NCBI GenBank assembly: GCA_965204375.1 | Contig: OZ241986.1 | Span: forward strand, 2,624,001 to 2,688,000 | DNA length: 64,000 bases | Direction of reading: 5' to 3' | DNA from: Candidatus Latescibacterota bacterium | GTDB lineage: Bacteria; Latescibacterota; UBA2968 | Shown here: one piece after another, positions 10,026-18,895 of the stretch | Layout: each line of letters begins with the position of its first letter | Numbering within the stretch: position 1 is the stretch's first letter | The notes under the pieces: model-generated | Seen by the model: only the letters and a program-made list of their open reading frames with translations | Told to the model about the DNA's origin: nothing | The model's database searches: none | Translations under genes and position numbers: made by a program

Positions 10026-10039
10026 ACGGGTCAAGTCCA
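10026..10039. mobile_element. Solo IS-end-like repeat, copy 1 (ACGGGTCAAGTCCA)
   Basis: Identical 14-mer recurs at 11757-11770 and 18832-18845. Confidence 0.55.
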
Positions 10040-10237
10040 AACATAGCGACCTCTCCTTGTTATCCTCGGCTTATTCTGTAACATTGCAGACACTTCAGAT
10101 TTTTTTATGTTCCAAACATGGGACTTACAGAGTCTGTATTCAGGCCACAAACAGCCGTTTTTCCAACTGCTGACTTCCTCTCTACCAATTCGGCAACAGC
10201 ATCGCTTTAGTGGATAATGTAGAAGGTTCTACCGACA

Positions 10238-11557
10238 TTACCGGAATTCGAATTCCTCATTGTGAATGCGCCGCACGGGCACACCCTGTTTTTTCAATCC
10301 GTCGGAAACGGCAGCGACCATCGGCTTTGGACCGCAGAGATAATAGCTCCAATCCCTCAGTGCTCCGCCAAGGTCGGCTCCAATCACGTCCGCGTTGATC
10401 CGCACGCCAGCGTCGGACTCGAACAATATAATTGTTATACCGCCCAATTCAGCCGCTCGCGCCTCCAATTCGCTGAAGAACAGTGCCTCCCTGGCCATCC
10501 GCACGCAGTAATAAAGCCGAACGGTCTTGCCGTGCCCCGGCACCATCGTACGCAGTACGGACAGAAAGGGCGTAATCCCGATTCCTCCCGCCACCCATAC
10601 CTGTTTCTCGTAACCCCTGAGAGGGTTGAATCGTCCATAGGGTCCCTCGATGGCGACATCGGCACCCGCGGTTAAATTGTCGCGTACCCGGCGGGTGTAG
10701 TCACCGAGCACCTTCATCGTGAAGCGTAGCCTGTCCTCCTTCGCGCCAGACGAAATGGTAAAGGGATGAGCTTCCCTGAAACCGTTAGCGTCGATGGTGA
10801 TAAAGGCGAATTGTCCAGGCTCGAAAGGAAACATTCCGTCCTTCGGGTGTAGCACCACTTCGGTGGCACGCTCGAGCCTGTTGACCCCAATTAGGGTGAA
10901 GGGATGTTTCTTTTTCTTAGGATAAATGAACTGCTTGTAGGCATAGGCCGCTATCCCGGCGAGCAGCAGAAACGCAAGAACCACGCCTGGAGCGGAGAAG
11001 AGCGCAATCTCTTCGCCATCGTAAAGCACCAGAAAGACATGGACGCTGACGACAATGAAGAACAACCCCATGAACCGATGGGTCGTAATCCAGCGGTGAT
11101 AGGGAATCTTGCGATTCAGCGTGATGATAATCAGCAGCGTGAAGCCGACCGCCGCGATCGTGCCAAAGAGGTCAATGGGTAAGTCCTCTTCTTCGGCCGG
11201 AGACTCGAGCGGTGGTGCCGTGCTACCCTCATCAGACACGACGCTGGCTGCCGCAGCATCTCCCTCCGGCTCGCCCGGGACGGTCGCGTAGTGTGCGATA
11301 AACAGCAACAGGGCAGCGACACCAAGATGCTTGTGCAACCTGTACATCCGGTCCAGGCCGCCGAACGATGTCTCCACTGCGCGCGGGCGTGCCGAAAGCA
11401 GTAGCCCCATCGCCATGCAGATTACCGAACAGGAACCGGCGAAGTAAGAAAATTGTGCATCAAGCGGCATTGCTGCTGAGATCACGTGATACCAGTACAA
11501 CGCGGTGTATATCGCAAACGATGCCACGACGCCCCACACGCCTTTTCGCAAGTTCAT
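10238..11557 (-). CDS. Ferric reductase-like transmembrane / FAD-NAD(P)-binding oxidoreductase
   Basis: GGLDRMYRLHKHLG, TTHRFMG, HPFTISS, EGPYG, AGGIGITPF, YLCGP, EEFEFR. Confidence 0.9.
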   Translation of the reverse strand: MNLRKGVWGVVASFAIYTALYWYHVISAAMPLDAQFSYFAGSCSVICMAMGLLLSARPRAVETSFGGLDRMYRLHKHLGVAALLLFIAHYATVPGEPEGDAAAASVVSDEGSTAPPLESPAEEEDLPIDLFGTIAAVGFTLLIIITLNRKIPYHRWITTHRFMGLFFIVVSVHVFLVLYDGEEIALFSAPGVVLAFLLLAGIAAYAYKQFIYPKKKKHPFTLIGVNRLERATEVVLHPKDGMFPFEPGQFAFITIDANGFREAHPFTISSGAKEDRLRFTMKVLGDYTRRVRDNLTAGADVAIEGPYGRFNPLRGYEKQVWVAGGIGITPFLSVLRTMVPGHGKTVRLYYCVRMAREALFFSELEARAAELGGITIILFESDAGVRINADVIGADLGGALRDWSYYLCGPKPMVAAVSDGLKKQGVPVRRIHNEEFEFR

Positions 11558-11677
11558 GCTTTCCCCCTAACGCCTTGAAGTACACCCGGATTGAGTCCCT
11601 GGAGTTTTAGCACTTTCCCTTTGGCATAATATAATGCTTAATTGTCAAGGAGTTGTTATATTTTTCGAATTCAATAC

Positions 11678-11770
11678 CGGATTTTTGCCACGTTTTGGCA
11701 GATGGCAAGGCAAGTTTAGCTCAGGTGATGGGTAATTTATGATATTATCCACCAAAACGGGTCAAGTCCA
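11678..11770. mobile_element. Possible ~93-bp MITE / IS remnant with imperfect terminal inverted repeats (copy 2)
   Basis: Right end TATCCACCAAAACGGGTCAAGTCCA; left end CGGATTTTTGCCACGTTTTGGCAGAT resembles the inverse of copy 3. Confidence 0.45.
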
Positions 11771-13169
11771 GTTGCGCAACAGCGCGTTCGTACTCCATAT
11801 CATAATACGGATTGGGTTCGTTGGGGATAATGGCTTTTGCATCGCGCTGCCAATTTTTGAGGTCCTGCAAAAGTTCAGTGGCTTTTTCGGGATGATCAGT
11901 GGCAAGATCGTTTTGCTCCCCGATGTCGTTTGCAATATTGTAAAGTTCCACACTCCCGGTATCAAACTGCTCAATCAGTTTCCAATCACCCTTGCGGATA
12001 GCTCCCGAAGGCACAGTGCGCCAACCTGTACCCTGGCCTGCGCGACCACCCCGCAAGGGTGTGATATTTTGGCAATCAGACCCTCCAAGATACAGAGGGA
12101 AGTGCCAGTACAGGGTATCGCGTTTAAGGGATGTTCCGCCAGAGAATAGAGGAATTAGGCTTTCACCATCAACGGGTTGATGCTCAGGAAGTGTACCAGA
12201 AGTGACTTCAGTTAGGGTAGGCATAAAGTCGATACCGTAGATCGGCACATCGCATGTTGTACCCGCAGGAATGACACCAGGCCAACGCATGCAGGTAGAT
12301 ACGCGGATACCGCCTTCGTAAAGCGCACCTTTGCCACCGCGTAACGGATCCATATCGGTGTATTTGGCTATGCCGCCATGATCGGCTGATAAGATGACAA
12401 GGGTATTGTCTGCAAGGCCGAGATCGTCGAGCGTTTGCATCACGCGACCCACGCTTTCATCAACGCTTTCAACCATGGCACCATAAGGCGGGTTGGGATG
12501 CCCGGCTTTCTCGTAGGCGGCAATTTTATCAGCTTTGGCTAAAATGGGGGCGTGCAGTGCCCAGTGGGCGAGATAAAGAAAAAAAGGACCATCCCGATTG
12601 TCTTGAATGAACTGAACCGCTTCGTCGGTGAGCCGATCTGTGAGATACTCACCTTTGGGACCATCGCGCATAGCGGGATTTTTATAAGGACTAAAATGAC
12701 GTCCCATGCGCTGGTGACCACCAACATTGTGATCAAAGCCTTTAGATATGGGTCCCGCTTCGGGATCATTGCCAAGCTGCCATTTGCCGATAGAACCACA
12801 AGTATATCCCGCAGATTTGAGCACTTGTGGTATGCAAGTGACATCGGGCTTGAGGGCTATCGGATATTTAGAAGGAAAGCGTTCTAAATCGGTATCGCGA
12901 ACAGGCGTTATCAATTTCATCAGACGAACATCGCCTTTAGATGCGCCACCGGGTGTATAAATCTCATGACGCGGTGTGTACATGCCCGACATAATACTGG
13001 CACGGGAAGGCGCGCAATTAGGCCCACAAGAATACGTCTGCGGAAAAATCATGCCACCGTGAGCAAGGCGATCAATATTCGGCGTTTCATGCGTCTTACA
13101 ACCCAGAAAGCCAACATCACGCCATCCCATGTCCGATATGATGATAAAAACGATATTTGGCGATGTCAT
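11745..13169 (-). CDS. Sulfatase (formylglycine-dependent); C-terminus supplied by the IS-like end
   Basis: PNIVFII…CAPSRAS, GKWQLG, SADHGG, GGKGALYEGGIRV; last residues DLTRFGG* are encoded by the repeat. Confidence 0.92.
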   Translation of the reverse strand: MTSPNIVFIIISDMGWRDVGFLGCKTHETPNIDRLAHGGMIFPQTYSCGPNCAPSRASIMSGMYTPRHEIYTPGGASKGDVRLMKLITPVRDTDLERFPSKYPIALKPDVTCIPQVLKSAGYTCGSIGKWQLGNDPEAGPISKGFDHNVGGHQRMGRHFSPYKNPAMRDGPKGEYLTDRLTDEAVQFIQDNRDGPFFLYLAHWALHAPILAKADKIAAYEKAGHPNPPYGAMVESVDESVGRVMQTLDDLGLADNTLVILSADHGGIAKYTDMDPLRGGKGALYEGGIRVSTCMRWPGVIPAGTTCDVPIYGIDFMPTLTEVTSGTLPEHQPVDGESLIPLFSGGTSLKRDTLYWHFPLYLGGSDCQNITPLRGGRAGQGTGWRTVPSGAIRKGDWKLIEQFDTGSVELYNIANDIGEQNDLATDHPEKATELLQDLKNWQRDAKAIIPNEPNPYYDMEYERAVAQLDLTRFGG

Positions 13170-13211
13170 AAGGATCTCCTTTACGCAGCCAGTAGTTTTG
13201 ATGGCTCAATT

Positions 13212-15008
13212 TTATCGGTATTGAAATTCCGGCGACCCTATCAACATACTGATCACCTGAACGTCTTTGCGTTCGGCATCTGCAGGAATCGTCTCTTTAA
13301 CCTCTGACGCAATAGCACTCGTATCCTGAGCTGGCAACAGCAACTTGCTATACATCGCCAATGCCTCTTCCGTTGTCAGACCAGCGCTATCCTCAGGCAA
13401 TTGCTTCAACGTCACCCCGTTAATACGACCAGTGGCCAGATGGATACCAAAATTCATTCGCGCAATCAAAGTACCTGAATTTGCCCACGACTCGGCATAA
13501 TCCGGAAAACCCGTAGGCTGCAAATAACCATACAGCGGCTCGCCCATGCGATCAAACCAGCGCATCAGCGGTTGTGCATTCTTCACATCGGCTTCCAATG
13601 CGCGAAGAGAACTCACCACCAGTTCTAACGGCGACTTCATCTTGCTGCGCTTCTTCGCCTCTGCCCAAAACACGCGGGATTGTGCCAGCGTAGCCATCAC
13701 AGCAGCGATATCTCCATCGGTTTTGGTAAAGGTTTCCGCCATCTCATCAATCAGATCATCTGACGGTTCATCGTTTACAAACCGACGCGCCAGCTTTGTG
13801 GAAATAAAACGCGCAGTTGAAGGGTGTTTAGACAGCATATCCAGAACGCGCTCGCCCTCTTCTAAGCCACCCCCTGCCGGGAACTTCTCACCCAACACCA
13901 CCTTGGCTTTTTTGTCGTGCCAGTCTTTGCGGAATAAAAATTCGCCCTGACGAATGACTTTTTTTCTTCCATTTGCAATTTGCTTCTCGAGATTTTTTCG
14001 CACATTTTTCGCATTGTTATAAGGCATTGCAGCCCATCCGGTCAACACGCGCGCAACCTCCGTAACATCGCGCTGTGTGTACCCACCATCCACACCCAGC
14101 GTGTGCAACTCCATCAACTCGCGCGCATAATTCTCATTCAAACCATACTTGCGTTTTGGAGGTGTCTTCGGCTCCGCAACAGCCTTTGCCATCTCACCAC
14201 CCATCATCTCGCCGCTCATCATACCACCGTCCATATCGCCATCCATACCCATCTCGCCCGATGCCACCCCCTGTTTGGGCTTTGCCTGCTCCCGTTTAGA
14301 TGGCGACGCCATGCGTGACTGTGCATTGTCCAGATAATACAACATCGCCGGATGCTTCGCTGTCGCACCCAAAATCACGCGGAACTTACCCAACACATGG
14401 GGGCGAATCGCATCGCGCTCATAAGAAAGCGCGCGATTGCGCACCGCACCATCACTCGTGGTCACATTGAAGTGATTGAACCAGAAATCTGTCAGCACCT
14501 CGACGAGTTGGTTCTCGCTATACACCGCCCGCATCACTTTCTGCCCCCGAAGCTCCTGACTGGCAAGCGTGCCATAGGAACGCAACCCGTGCTTCTTGCG
14601 ATACGCACTTATCTTTTTATTCATCTCTTTGCGAGGCGTCTTTGCGGCGGGATCGATCAATCCCTCTTTCTCCATCATACTGCGAACCAGACCATTTCGC
14701 ACATAGATTGCCTGCATTTCAGCCGGCGTCATTTTCAACGCGGGATACGCTTCCAATCGCTTGTCCAACTCGGCATCCGACAAATTGCCCTTCAACTGCT
14801 GAGCCAGCCATTTCTCAGGCCCCATCTGCGCCACCTTTTCCACTTCACCGGGTCGCGCACCAAAGGCAAAACGCTCTAAAAGATACGCTGCAGCCTGCTC
14901 TTTGCTCAGCCCTTCTGCCTTGTAGGGCAGTTGCAAATCAGCATTCGCCGGAACTACTGCAAGCAACGCACTACAGCACAAAACAGAGAGTACAACGCGT
15001 AATATCAT
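13212..15008 (-). CDS. DUF1800 family secreted protein
   Basis: Signal peptide; QLVEVLTDFWFNHFNV, HPAMLYYLDN, NENYARELMELHTLG, HPSTARFISTKL, SPEFQYR. Confidence 0.9.
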   Translation of the reverse strand: MILRVVLSVLCCSALLAVVPANADLQLPYKAEGLSKEQAAAYLLERFAFGARPGEVEKVAQMGPEKWLAQQLKGNLSDAELDKRLEAYPALKMTPAEMQAIYVRNGLVRSMMEKEGLIDPAAKTPRKEMNKKISAYRKKHGLRSYGTLASQELRGQKVMRAVYSENQLVEVLTDFWFNHFNVTTSDGAVRNRALSYERDAIRPHVLGKFRVILGATAKHPAMLYYLDNAQSRMASPSKREQAKPKQGVASGEMGMDGDMDGGMMSGEMMGGEMAKAVAEPKTPPKRKYGLNENYARELMELHTLGVDGGYTQRDVTEVARVLTGWAAMPYNNAKNVRKNLEKQIANGRKKVIRQGEFLFRKDWHDKKAKVVLGEKFPAGGGLEEGERVLDMLSKHPSTARFISTKLARRFVNDEPSDDLIDEMAETFTKTDGDIAAVMATLAQSRVFWAEAKKRSKMKSPLELVVSSLRALEADVKNAQPLMRWFDRMGEPLYGYLQPTGFPDYAESWANSGTLIARMNFGIHLATGRINGVTLKQLPEDSAGLTTEEALAMYSKLLLPAQDTSAIASEVKETIPADAERKDVQVISMLIGSPEFQYR

Positions 15009-15069
15009 TGCAAACCTCCTTGAAAAATTCCCAAAAGGAATGGCCTCTTTGAATGTCTATAAATTGCAT

Positions 15070-15085
15070 TGCAAAAAGTGTGCCA
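15070..15085 (-). promoter_or_regulatory. sigma54 (RpoN) -24/-12 promoter of the DUF1800 gene
   Basis: Minus strand reads TGGCAC-ACTTT-TTGCA, the consensus TGGCAC-N5-TTGCW, ~60 bp upstream of the ATG. Confidence 0.7.
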
Positions 15086-15155
15086 ATGCGAATTAACCTG
15101 AATAACTATATTCGTAAGATATTATTTTTAATCAGGATAGAATTATTAAAAAATA

Positions 15156-15220
15156 AGAGTTAGACTGGATTTTATATTTTCGAGATCATATATAATCTCA
15201 AAAATGATCAGTCTAACTCT
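15156..15220. repeat. 65-bp imperfect palindrome
   Basis: Perfect 12-bp arms AGAGTTAGACTG / CAGTCTAACTCT; inner arms TTTTCGAGAT / ATCTCAAAAA. Confidence 0.7.
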
Positions 15221-15230
15221 CAAGTATTAC

Positions 15231-15365
15231 TTAGGTGTTTTGGGCTGTGGCGAACCAGAGATAACCCTCGCTGTCTTCGGCAACGTGTTGGATGCGTATG
15301 CTCGACAGGCCATCGGCCATAGAGTAAGTCCGCCAGGTACCTGTGCGGTTAAGTGATTTGATCAT
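15231..15365 (-). pseudogene. N-terminal remnant of a Reg_prop beta-propeller sensor/regulator gene
   Basis: MIKSLNRTGTWRTYSMADGLSSIRIQHVAEDSEGYLWFAT then stop: a single Reg_prop repeat. Confidence 0.65.
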
Positions 15366-15466
15366 AAAAAACCTTATTATCAAGCGCCTATATTGGGATA
15401 GAGTATAGCTGGTCCAGTCCAGTTCACGCTTTAATTCAATGATGCACGCAACGCCATCCACAACAT

Positions 15467-15495
15467 TTGACAACTTTGTAAAAAAATACTACACT
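15467..15495 (+). promoter_or_regulatory. sigma70-type promoter for the SBP-S55 fusion gene
   Basis: TTGACA-17 bp-TACACT. Confidence 0.55.
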
Positions 15496-15613
15496 GATAC
15501 CCAATGTCAAGCGGTGTAAAACGGGGCAATGTTCAGCCCGGTTCGAGGTCGGCAAGGTTGGATTTGAAAACACGCCTTGCTGGTCACACATCACAGAGAA
15601 AGGACGGTTGTCC

Positions 15614-18600
15614 ATGAATCAGTTGAGAAGTCTTCGTTACGTGCTGGTGTGCGCTATGGGATTGATGTGGGGCTGTGGCGGCGAAAAGGTGATGCAGTCG
15701 CAGATGGTAGAAGGAGAGGAGCAGGTTGGACGTCCGCTGAGTAAATTGGCTGTGCAAACGAATGCATCAGTGGTGGCGACTGTGCTTCGAGACGACACAC
15801 CTGTAATTGGCTCGAAGGTAGAGTTTGCGCGTTCTATTGCAGGGCAGGTGGCCGATTATCAGTGGTCGGGGGTGACGGATGCGAATGGTCAGGTACGTGT
15901 GGAGCTTAGGACGGGTTATTATCAGGCGCGTGCATCGATAGATGGGCGAGAGATCGGTTCCTGGTCGAGCATTCCGATCAATGGCGGGTATGAGGTCATG
16001 CTCAATTTGCCCATTGGTGGGAAGGCGCGTGTGATGAGTGCATCCCCTCAGGAGATTCCCATTGGTGTTGTCCTGCCTGTTAATCTCGGAAGTATCTATA
16101 TATCCTTAAAAAATGGTATGGAACTCGCCCGCGAAGAGGTCAACCGATCACAACTCCGTGCGACACCGATCTCATTTATCTTTGAAGACAGTGAGAGCAA
16201 TCCAGATCTTGCCGTTTCCGCTTTCAGCAAGCTGATTGATCAAGACAGAGTGCCCGTCATTCTCGGTCCGGGATTTTCTTCTTCTTCGGCAGCGGCTTTT
16301 CCCATCGCGCAAGAAAAGCAGGTCGTGGCTTTTAGCCCGACGGCTGGCGCAGCTGGCCTGGGCGCGGTTGGCAATTTTATCTTTCGCGTTCCGTCTCCTG
16401 TGGATAAAGCCGTGCCGAGTTTTGTCAATATTACGAGAAAAAAATTGGGCTATCAGAAAGTGGCGATTATAGTTGACCGCGACGACCTGTATTCCAACAG
16501 CGGATATGAAGAAACCAAAAAGGCACTTGGCGATTTGGGCGTCGAGATTCTGACCACAGAAACTTTCCCAACCGGCGATACTGACTTTTCCGAACAATTA
16601 ACCCGGATAAAAGCGTCGGATCCCGATGCGATCTTTGTGTGGACGAGACCCGCTGAACGGGTTGAGATTCCAGTACAGGGCCGTCAGGTTGGTATCCCGG
16701 ATGCGATCCCCTTTCTCATTTTCGGATTCACGTCAACCCAAATAGAAATGGCTGGTACCGCAGCCGAAGGGGTAATTACAGGGCAATATTGGTCTCTCTC
16801 TGCTGACACGCCGGGGAATCGAGACTTTGTTCAGAATTATCGCACAAAATACGGTACTGATCCCGATACATGGGCCGCTTTGGGGTATGTCAATGTACAG
16901 GTTCTCGCAGAGGCAATCAAAAATTCTGAATCAGCAAATTCCGGTGCTATTCGGGATGCTCTGGCCGCTATTGATGTACCCACGATTTTGGGGCAATTTT
17001 CCTTCGATCCAGAGGGCGATCCGATGTACCCTGTGGTTGTGGTGGTTGTGGCAAATGGCAAATTTGAGATTCTCGATAAGCAAAAGCCCGATGATCGTGC
17101 GTTTGAGGTTGTACGCCCCACAGGGGACTTACAACCCTATTCTCTTTCACCCATTGTTTCGGTTGAGTCGGTTCGCTCTATGCCCACGGGCACACCCGTA
17201 TTCCTGCGAACCGAATTTGCCAACGGCCAACTCGCAGATCTCGAAATGACGTTTATACAGGTGGTCGATGATTTTTTGCCGCCAATGCCTGTTTATATGG
17301 TTGAGGCGTCCGACCCCGTTTTGATACAGCTTGGCGGTATTGCTAAAGGGATGAGTGGTTCTCCTGTTTTTACTGAGCAAGGCACATGGGGTGCTATTGC
17401 TTATGGTTTTAGTGAACAAGACAGTCCGCCGTACTATTTTTTTGCAACACCGATAGAATGGGTAATTGGCATGAAGGGCGCGATTCCATTGGCGAAACGG
17501 CTGACTACCTGGGCGGGGAATGGCATTACCCCTCTGGCTATTCCCTTGCTGGGCACGGGATTCAATCCCAACTACCAGATGAATGATCCACACTTTCAGC
17601 GTGAATTGACGCCTGCCGGAAGATCCGCACAAAATCAGGACAGTTTTGAGGCGGGCAGGCCACTGGCTGTTGCTTTGATGCTGGGTGAGGTTACGGTCGC
17701 TGGGTTGGGAACCATATCATACGTCAATGGCAATCGGATATATGGTTTTGGGCATCCGATGTTTGGTTCGGGTGCGGTGTCCTTGCCCATCATAGAAGCA
17801 GTGGTGCTCGGTCCAATATCCAATCTCTCTGCGCCGTATAAGTTTGCAACGCTGAACCCAACGGTGCGCGGAACGCTGACCGAAGACCGTTTGCCCGCGG
17901 TTCGCGGTGTGCTTGGCGAGAATCCAGAATTGATACCTCTCAAGAGCGTATATACGTTTCCTTCGGGGTATGTGCTTGAGCTTACGCACAATCTGGCAAT
18001 GACGGACCCCTCTACGGTAGCTGGTCTCGTCGAATACGCTTTGTTCTCGCCTTTGGGCAACCGGATTGAAAACGAGCCGAATCACAGTGTGCGCGTAAGG
18101 ACGAATATTTCTTTTGTCGAAACAAATTCAAAGGTGACCCAATCTCGGCTTTATGCAGAGCCAAATGGATATCTTTTGCCCTTAATCGGAGGTGCGTCTT
18201 TTGACCTGGCGAGGACACTCTCGGAACTCATGACAAGAGATGATTACGCCTTGCAGATGCGCGAGGGTGAGGTACACGTTGACATATTGCCCGAATCTCG
18301 CTTTGCAAAAGTCGTATCGGTTCATGCGGACACTGTTATCAATGCTGGAAGTACGATATCTGTCAGGACTTCGCTGCGCGTGGGGCGACGTGAGGATCGG
18401 GAAATCGAGCTGGCATTTAGCATACCCGATACGCTTCCTGCGGGTGTTTATCAACTCGAAGTGGGTTCTGCCGCAACATTGGGAAGTTCTGCTGGGAACG
18501 GAGATGGGCTGTTTGAGGTGTTGTTTAATGTTGAAGGGAGCGATGAGACACTCGAAGATGTTTTTGCCCGTGTAAACGGAATAGATGAAAATGTTATCTT

Positions 18601-18802
18601 AAAAGTGCAGTTGACATCGGCAGGTGAAGGAGGCATGGTGTCCGACAATGTATCAAACAGTGGATCAGACAGTGGATCAGACAGTGGACCAGGCAGTGGA
18701 TCAGGCAATCAGCAAACGACTGCATCTGTTTCTATACAGAAAGAGGTCGATCTATTTTTGGTAGGTTCTCAAACGCTTCGGGTGCGCGTGGTTGGGAATT
18801 AA
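15614..18802 (+). CDS. Lipoprotein fusing a beta-rich N-domain, a LivJ-like (Peripla_BP_6) binding domain and a SpoIVB/S55-like serine peptidase
   Basis: Lipobox MWGC; IPIGVVLP…FEDSESNP…GDTDFSEQLTRIKASDPDAI…ILGQFSFDPEGD; GIAKGMSGSPV and GFGHPM peptidase motifs. Confidence 0.8.
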   Translation: MNQLRSLRYVLVCAMGLMWGCGGEKVMQSQMVEGEEQVGRPLSKLAVQTNASVVATVLRDDTPVIGSKVEFARSIAGQVADYQWSGVTDANGQVRVELRTGYYQARASIDGREIGSWSSIPINGGYEVMLNLPIGGKARVMSASPQEIPIGVVLPVNLGSIYISLKNGMELAREEVNRSQLRATPISFIFEDSESNPDLAVSAFSKLIDQDRVPVILGPGFSSSSAAAFPIAQEKQVVAFSPTAGAAGLGAVGNFIFRVPSPVDKAVPSFVNITRKKLGYQKVAIIVDRDDLYSNSGYEETKKALGDLGVEILTTETFPTGDTDFSEQLTRIKASDPDAIFVWTRPAERVEIPVQGRQVGIPDAIPFLIFGFTSTQIEMAGTAAEGVITGQYWSLSADTPGNRDFVQNYRTKYGTDPDTWAALGYVNVQVLAEAIKNSESANSGAIRDALAAIDVPTILGQFSFDPEGDPMYPVVVVVVANGKFEILDKQKPDDRAFEVVRPTGDLQPYSLSPIVSVESVRSMPTGTPVFLRTEFANGQLADLEMTFIQVVDDFLPPMPVYMVEASDPVLIQLGGIAKGMSGSPVFTEQGTWGAIAYGFSEQDSPPYYFFATPIEWVIGMKGAIPLAKRLTTWAGNGITPLAIPLLGTGFNPNYQMNDPHFQRELTPAGRSAQNQDSFEAGRPLAVALMLGEVTVAGLGTISYVNGNRIYGFGHPMFGSGAVSLPIIEAVVLGPISNLSAPYKFATLNPTVRGTLTEDRLPAVRGVLGENPELIPLKSVYTFPSGYVLELTHNLAMTDPSTVAGLVEYALFSPLGNRIENEPNHSVRVRTNISFVETNSKVTQSRLYAEPNGYLLPLIGGASFDLARTLSELMTRDDYALQMREGEVHVDILPESRFAKVVSVHADTVINAGSTISVRTSLRVGRREDREIELAFSIPDTLPAGVYQLEVGSAATLGSSAGNGDGLFEVLFNVEGSDETLEDVFARVNGIDENVILKVQLTSAGEGGMVSDNVSNSGSDSGSDSGPGSGSGNQQTTASVSIQKEVDLFLVGSQTLRVRVVGN
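18658..18707 (+). repeat. 12-bp in-frame tandem repeat (SGSD/SGPG linker)
   Basis: CAGTGGATCAGA and variants, ~4 copies. Confidence 0.8.
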
Positions 18803-18821
18803 TAATGTTTCCCGCGCAGGT

Positions 18822-18845
18822 ACCTGCCAAAACGGGTCAAGTCCA
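18822..18845. mobile_element. Solo IS-end-like repeat, copy 3
   Basis: ACCTGCCAAAACGGGTCAAGTCCA shares a 19-mer (CCAAAACGGGTCAAGTCCA) with 11752-11770. Confidence 0.55.
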
Positions 18846-18895
18846 CATGTGTTATAATGTCGCAGTCCAAATCGTGCGAAAAGTTGCTTTTGTTT

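Noticed and set aside
11607-11635. CIRCE-like TTAGCACT upstream of the ferric reductase
   Set aside because: Only one half-site; no GAGTGCTAA at the 9-bp spacing
15156-15220. Integron attC site (contains GTTAGAC and GTCTAAC)
   Set aside because: The boxes are in the reverse order to attC (GTTRRRY first, RYYYAAC last), it is a single copy and no integrase is present
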